Assembly: GCA_963778655.1 (NCBI GenBank)
Contig: CAVZVA010000008.1
Location: 96,001-160,000 of the forward strand
Reading direction: 5' to 3'
DNA length: 64,000 nucleotides
From: an uncultured delta proteobacterium
Lineage (GTDB): Bacteria; Myxococcota_A; Polyangia; Polyangiales; JAFGIB01
Positions 60,791-64,000 of the stretch are shown here, in pieces; the first letter of the stretch is position 1, and every line of letters begins with the position of its first letter. The translations under genes and the position numbers were made by a program. A model generated the notes under the pieces. The model saw nothing but the letters and a program-made list of their open reading frames with translations. It made no database searches and had not been told where the DNA came from.

Positions 60791-61072
60791 CTAAGAGCGT
60801 TCGCCGGACGACGACTCAGGTGTGGCGGCCCGGTCGGGATCTGTGTGCCGCGGCAGGGATCGAGCCTTCGGCAGGAGGCCACGCTTCCAACGATGCCGAT
60901 ACCGGTCCTCCACCTCCATGGCGACGACCCAACCGAGCGCGTAGAGCCCGAAGCCTGGAGCGAAGCCGTCGGGCCCGAGCCAGATGAGCATCGCGCACAA
61001 CCCCACACAACCGAGGACGAAGATGCCGGCGCTTACGAGCTCGATCGGGTTCGTCCTTTCGAGATCCGGCAC
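60791..61072 (-). CDS. Possible small membrane protein
   Basis: Two hydrophobic segments (LVSAGIFVLGCVGLCAMLIWL; FGLYALGWVVAM); no recognisable family. Confidence 0.3.
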   Translation of the reverse strand: MPDLERTNPIELVSAGIFVLGCVGLCAMLIWLGPDGFAPGFGLYALGWVVAMEVEDRYRHRWKRGLLPKARSLPRHTDPDRAATPESSSGERS

Positions 61073-61241
61073 ACTCCCGGAGTCAGCAAGGATTGCGCCG
61101 AACTGGATAGCCACTTTGGTGCCTGATCTTAGGCCTTTTTCCGAGCCCGGCCGCGCGCGGCGCAATGCGGGGCGTCCCGAGGTCGTGCATCTTGCACGGA
61201 CGCCGCGCAGCGGACCCGTGCAATCCCTTGCCTTTGGACGC

Positions 61242-61256
61242 GGCCTGGAGCTTGCA
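61242..61256 (+). promoter_or_regulatory. Putative sigma-54 promoter of the response regulator
   Basis: GG-CCTGGAGCTT-GCA (GG-N10-GC); TGCA-containing boxes at 61186-61222 could be enhancer sites. Confidence 0.55.
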
Positions 61257-61289
61257 TCATCTGGGTGGCTGACGCTGAATAGGGGCTTG

Positions 61290-62664
61290 ATGGACTCTAC
61301 ACCGTTGCGCGCGCTAGTCGTGGACGACGAGCCGAACATCCGCTCGACGCTCTCGGTGTGTCTCGAGTCGATCGGCTGCGAGGTTCATGCGGCCGCAGGG
61401 GCACGCGAAGCCCTGGCGGTAGTCGAGCGCCGTCCCTTCGACATCGTGTTTCTCGATGTGCGGCTCGGCCAAGCCGATGGGATGGCTCTGCTGCCGGAGC
61501 TCCTCCGGCTTTCTCCCCGCCTGGCGGTGGTGATGATCACCGCGTACGCGAGCATCGAGAGCGCAGTACAGGCAGTGAAGGCGGGCGCCCAGGACTACCT
61601 GCCCAAGCCCTTCACTCCGGCGCAGATACGGCTGATCGTCGATCGATATCGGGAACGGGCCGCTCTCGAGAGTCGCGTGGCCGACCTGGAGGGAAGGCTC
61701 GCAGACACGTCGCCTCGAATCGTGATCGAGACCCACTCGAAATTGATGCAGCAGGCGATCGACACCATCACGCAAGCGGCCAGGGCTGACGCGGCGGTAC
61801 TGCTTCGCGGGGAGAGCGGGACCGGAAAAGGCGTCCTCGCCCGCCTCCTGCACGAGCGAAGCGCCCGCGCCGCTCGGCGACTCGTGACGGTGAACTGCCC
61901 GACTTTGACCGATGAGCTGCTTGCGAGTGAGCTTTTCGGTCATGTGCGGGGAGCCTTCACTGGAGCGGTGCGAGATCAGCGCGGCAAGGTGGAAGACGCC
62001 GACGGCGGAACCCTGTTCTTGGATGAGATCGGTGAAATCTCTCCGGCGCTTCAGACCAAGCTCTTGCGCTTCGTCCAGGATCGAGAATTCGAACGCGTCG
62101 GGGACACCCAGACGCGACGCGCCGACGTCCGCTTGGTTGCCGCCACCAACCGCGACCTCCAGGCAGACGTCGAGGCTGGACGCTTTCGTCTGGACCTTCT
62201 GTACCGGTTGAATGTGATCGAGGTAACGGTTCCCGCTCTGCGCGAACGCGGCGAGGATCTCGTCGCCCTGGCCCACCACTTCCTCTCTTTCGCGGCGCGG
62301 GATGTCGGCCGTCCCACACCGGCTTTGAGTCCGGAAGCGGACGCCGTCCTACTTGGTTACACGTGGCCCGGCAACGTGCGTGAGCTCAAGAACGAGATGG
62401 AGCGCGCCGTCGTCTTGTCGCCACGGGAGGTTCTTGGCCCCGAGAGCTTCTCCGACCGCGTGCGAGGAGGCGCCAGCCTGGTCCCCTCGGTCGGCGGCGA
62501 CTTCACGCTCGGCCAGGTCGAAAAGGAGCACATGCTTCGGGTGTTGGCGCGGACAGCGACCCGGGAGGAGGCCGCACGTGTTCTCGGCATCGACCCATCA
62601 ACCCTCTGGCGCCGGCTCAAGCGCTACGAAGAGGGTGGCGAGGAGCCGGAATCCATCCGCCTGA
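61290..62664 (+). CDS. Sigma-54-dependent response regulator (AlgB/NtrC-like); natural stop restored by removing one base at ~62650
   Basis: Receiver VVDDE, GESGTGK, ELFGH..GAFTGA, WPGNVREL, HTH GIDPSTLWRRLK; corrected length 457 aa. Confidence 0.92.
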
Positions 62665-64000
62665 CGTTGCCCGTTGTCGTCCTTGGACTTCACGGGGATC
62701 GTGAACCAGAAGCGCGCTCCGCCGAGCGGGGAGGTATCGACGCCGACGGTTCCGCCGTGGGCTCGGACGATGTCCTCCACGATGCTGAGCCCGAGACCGC
62801 TTCCCTGCTTGCTCGTCCCTGGCACTCGAAAGAACTTCGCAAAGACGCGCTCGCGGAGCTCCTCCGGAACCCCCGGACCCGTGTCGTCAACGAAGATTCT
62901 CGTAGGGCCGCCGCCCGATTCGAAGCCAACCTCTACGCGCCCACCCTCGCCAGCATGAAGAATCGCGTTTTCGATCAGGTTGTCCAGCACCCGCTGGAGG
63001 CGCGATGGGTCCGCATCGATCGCGACCAAACTGTCGCCTGGAACGATCGCCAGGCCTTTTCCGGCTTGACGTGCCTGGGCCTCGTGGCGAGCAACGGCGT
63101 CCTTCATGAGATCTGCGACGTTGAGCTTGGACCGGGCGAGCCGCGCCGCACCGGATTCGAGCCGCGCCATCTCGAGCAGCTCTTCAACGACCGACTGCAG
63201 CCGTTCGCAATCTTGCCGTGCTGCGGCCAACAAGTCGCGTTGCCGGTCCGTCAAGGGTCCGGCGGCCTGTTCCAGACAAAGATGCACCGCCATGTGAAGC
63301 GACGTCAGCGGCGTTCGGAGCTCATGTGCCGCGGCGGCCACAAGGTCGCCGTGGAATCCCTCGAGCCGCCGACCTCGCGACACGTCACGCAACGCAACGG
63401 TAACACCCGAGAGTACTTCGCCCTTCGTACGGACGGGGGTTGCACTGGTTAGAAACCATTTGGGCATCGACCCCCCAGGCACCTCCACGGCAGCCTCGAG
63501 TGAGCCTGGCTCGTATGCTTCGCCCGAGTCCCGCACCGTCTCGAAGGCATTGCGCACCGCGTCCTGCAGAGGTTCAGGCAAAAGCTCGAGCTTCAGCTCC
63601 GCACCCACGAGCCGGGACGCGATCTCGTTGCTCGTGATTGGTGTCCCGTCGAGATCGTACACGATGACCGCCTCGGCAAGGCTGTCCATCACCGACTCGA
63701 GGCGGTTGTTCGCGTCGAGGAGCTCGCCAATCGAGCTCTGCTGGTACTGCGCGAGGCGCTCCGCCATGCCATTGAAGGAGCTCGATAGGGATGCGATCTC
63801 GTCCTTCCCCGAGACTCGGATCCGAGCGTCGAAATCGCCGTCGGCAAGGCGTTGCACAGCCCGCTCGAGCACGCGCACCGGAGCTAGAATGCGGCGCAGC
63901 CACGCACCCGCGAGGAACACCGCGAGCAAGAACGCGATCACTGCGCTTGTCGCGAGAGCCCCCCGACTCGCTCCGCTTCCCCGCGTGCAACGCTGCTCTT
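62624..64000 (-). CDS. HAMP-PAS sensor histidine kinase (KinB-like), 5' end outside the window
   Basis: HAMP DEIASLSSSFNGM, AHELRTPL, NLIENA, DTGPG, GSGLGLSI; end as given is 62598, corrected end 62624. Confidence 0.9.

Noticed and set aside
60984..63452. 822-aa response regulator with a novel C-terminal domain
   Set aside because: The tail is the antisense of the kinase gene; a single-base repair at ~62650 gives a normal 457-aa protein

Overview
A high-GC (roughly 70% by eye) bacterial chromosome segment, most likely Myxococcota (Polyangiales/Sandaracinaceae-like), judged from TIGR04563-, TIGR02266-, AgmC- and MYXO-CTERM-type proteins. In order it holds: the rpsB(t44 leader)-tsf-pyrH-frr operon; FHA, PilZ, RNase G, CdnL and OmpA/MotB genes; an unannotated 32-aa Lys-rich ORF followed by about 200 nt of strongly structured sequence; a frameshifted NFACT/RqcH gene; a 113-bp tandem repeat; a TPR/HEAT and FHA signalling cluster; a partial nuo operon (E,F,J,K,L,M,N) with an extended NuoL; an ~18-kb block of large surface proteins; housekeeping genes (radical SAM, lepB, miaE, tsaB, yajQ, a degenerate glgA, purE, PPIase); tRNA-Asn; and a lower-GC AlgB/KinB-like two-component pair. 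The most notable observation is a 1839-aa lipoprotein with an integrin-beta-I-like VWA domain. Inserted in it are seven PPC-type N-halves followed by seven C-halves, which implies a seven-deep nested ('matryoshka') stalk, and it is encoded beside a probable 7-bladed propeller lipoprotein. Second, three independent frameshifts are each repaired by the same edit, GATTC->GATC, which may be a footprint of GATC DNA modification on base-calling. All family assignments come from motif recognition by eye; no searches were run.
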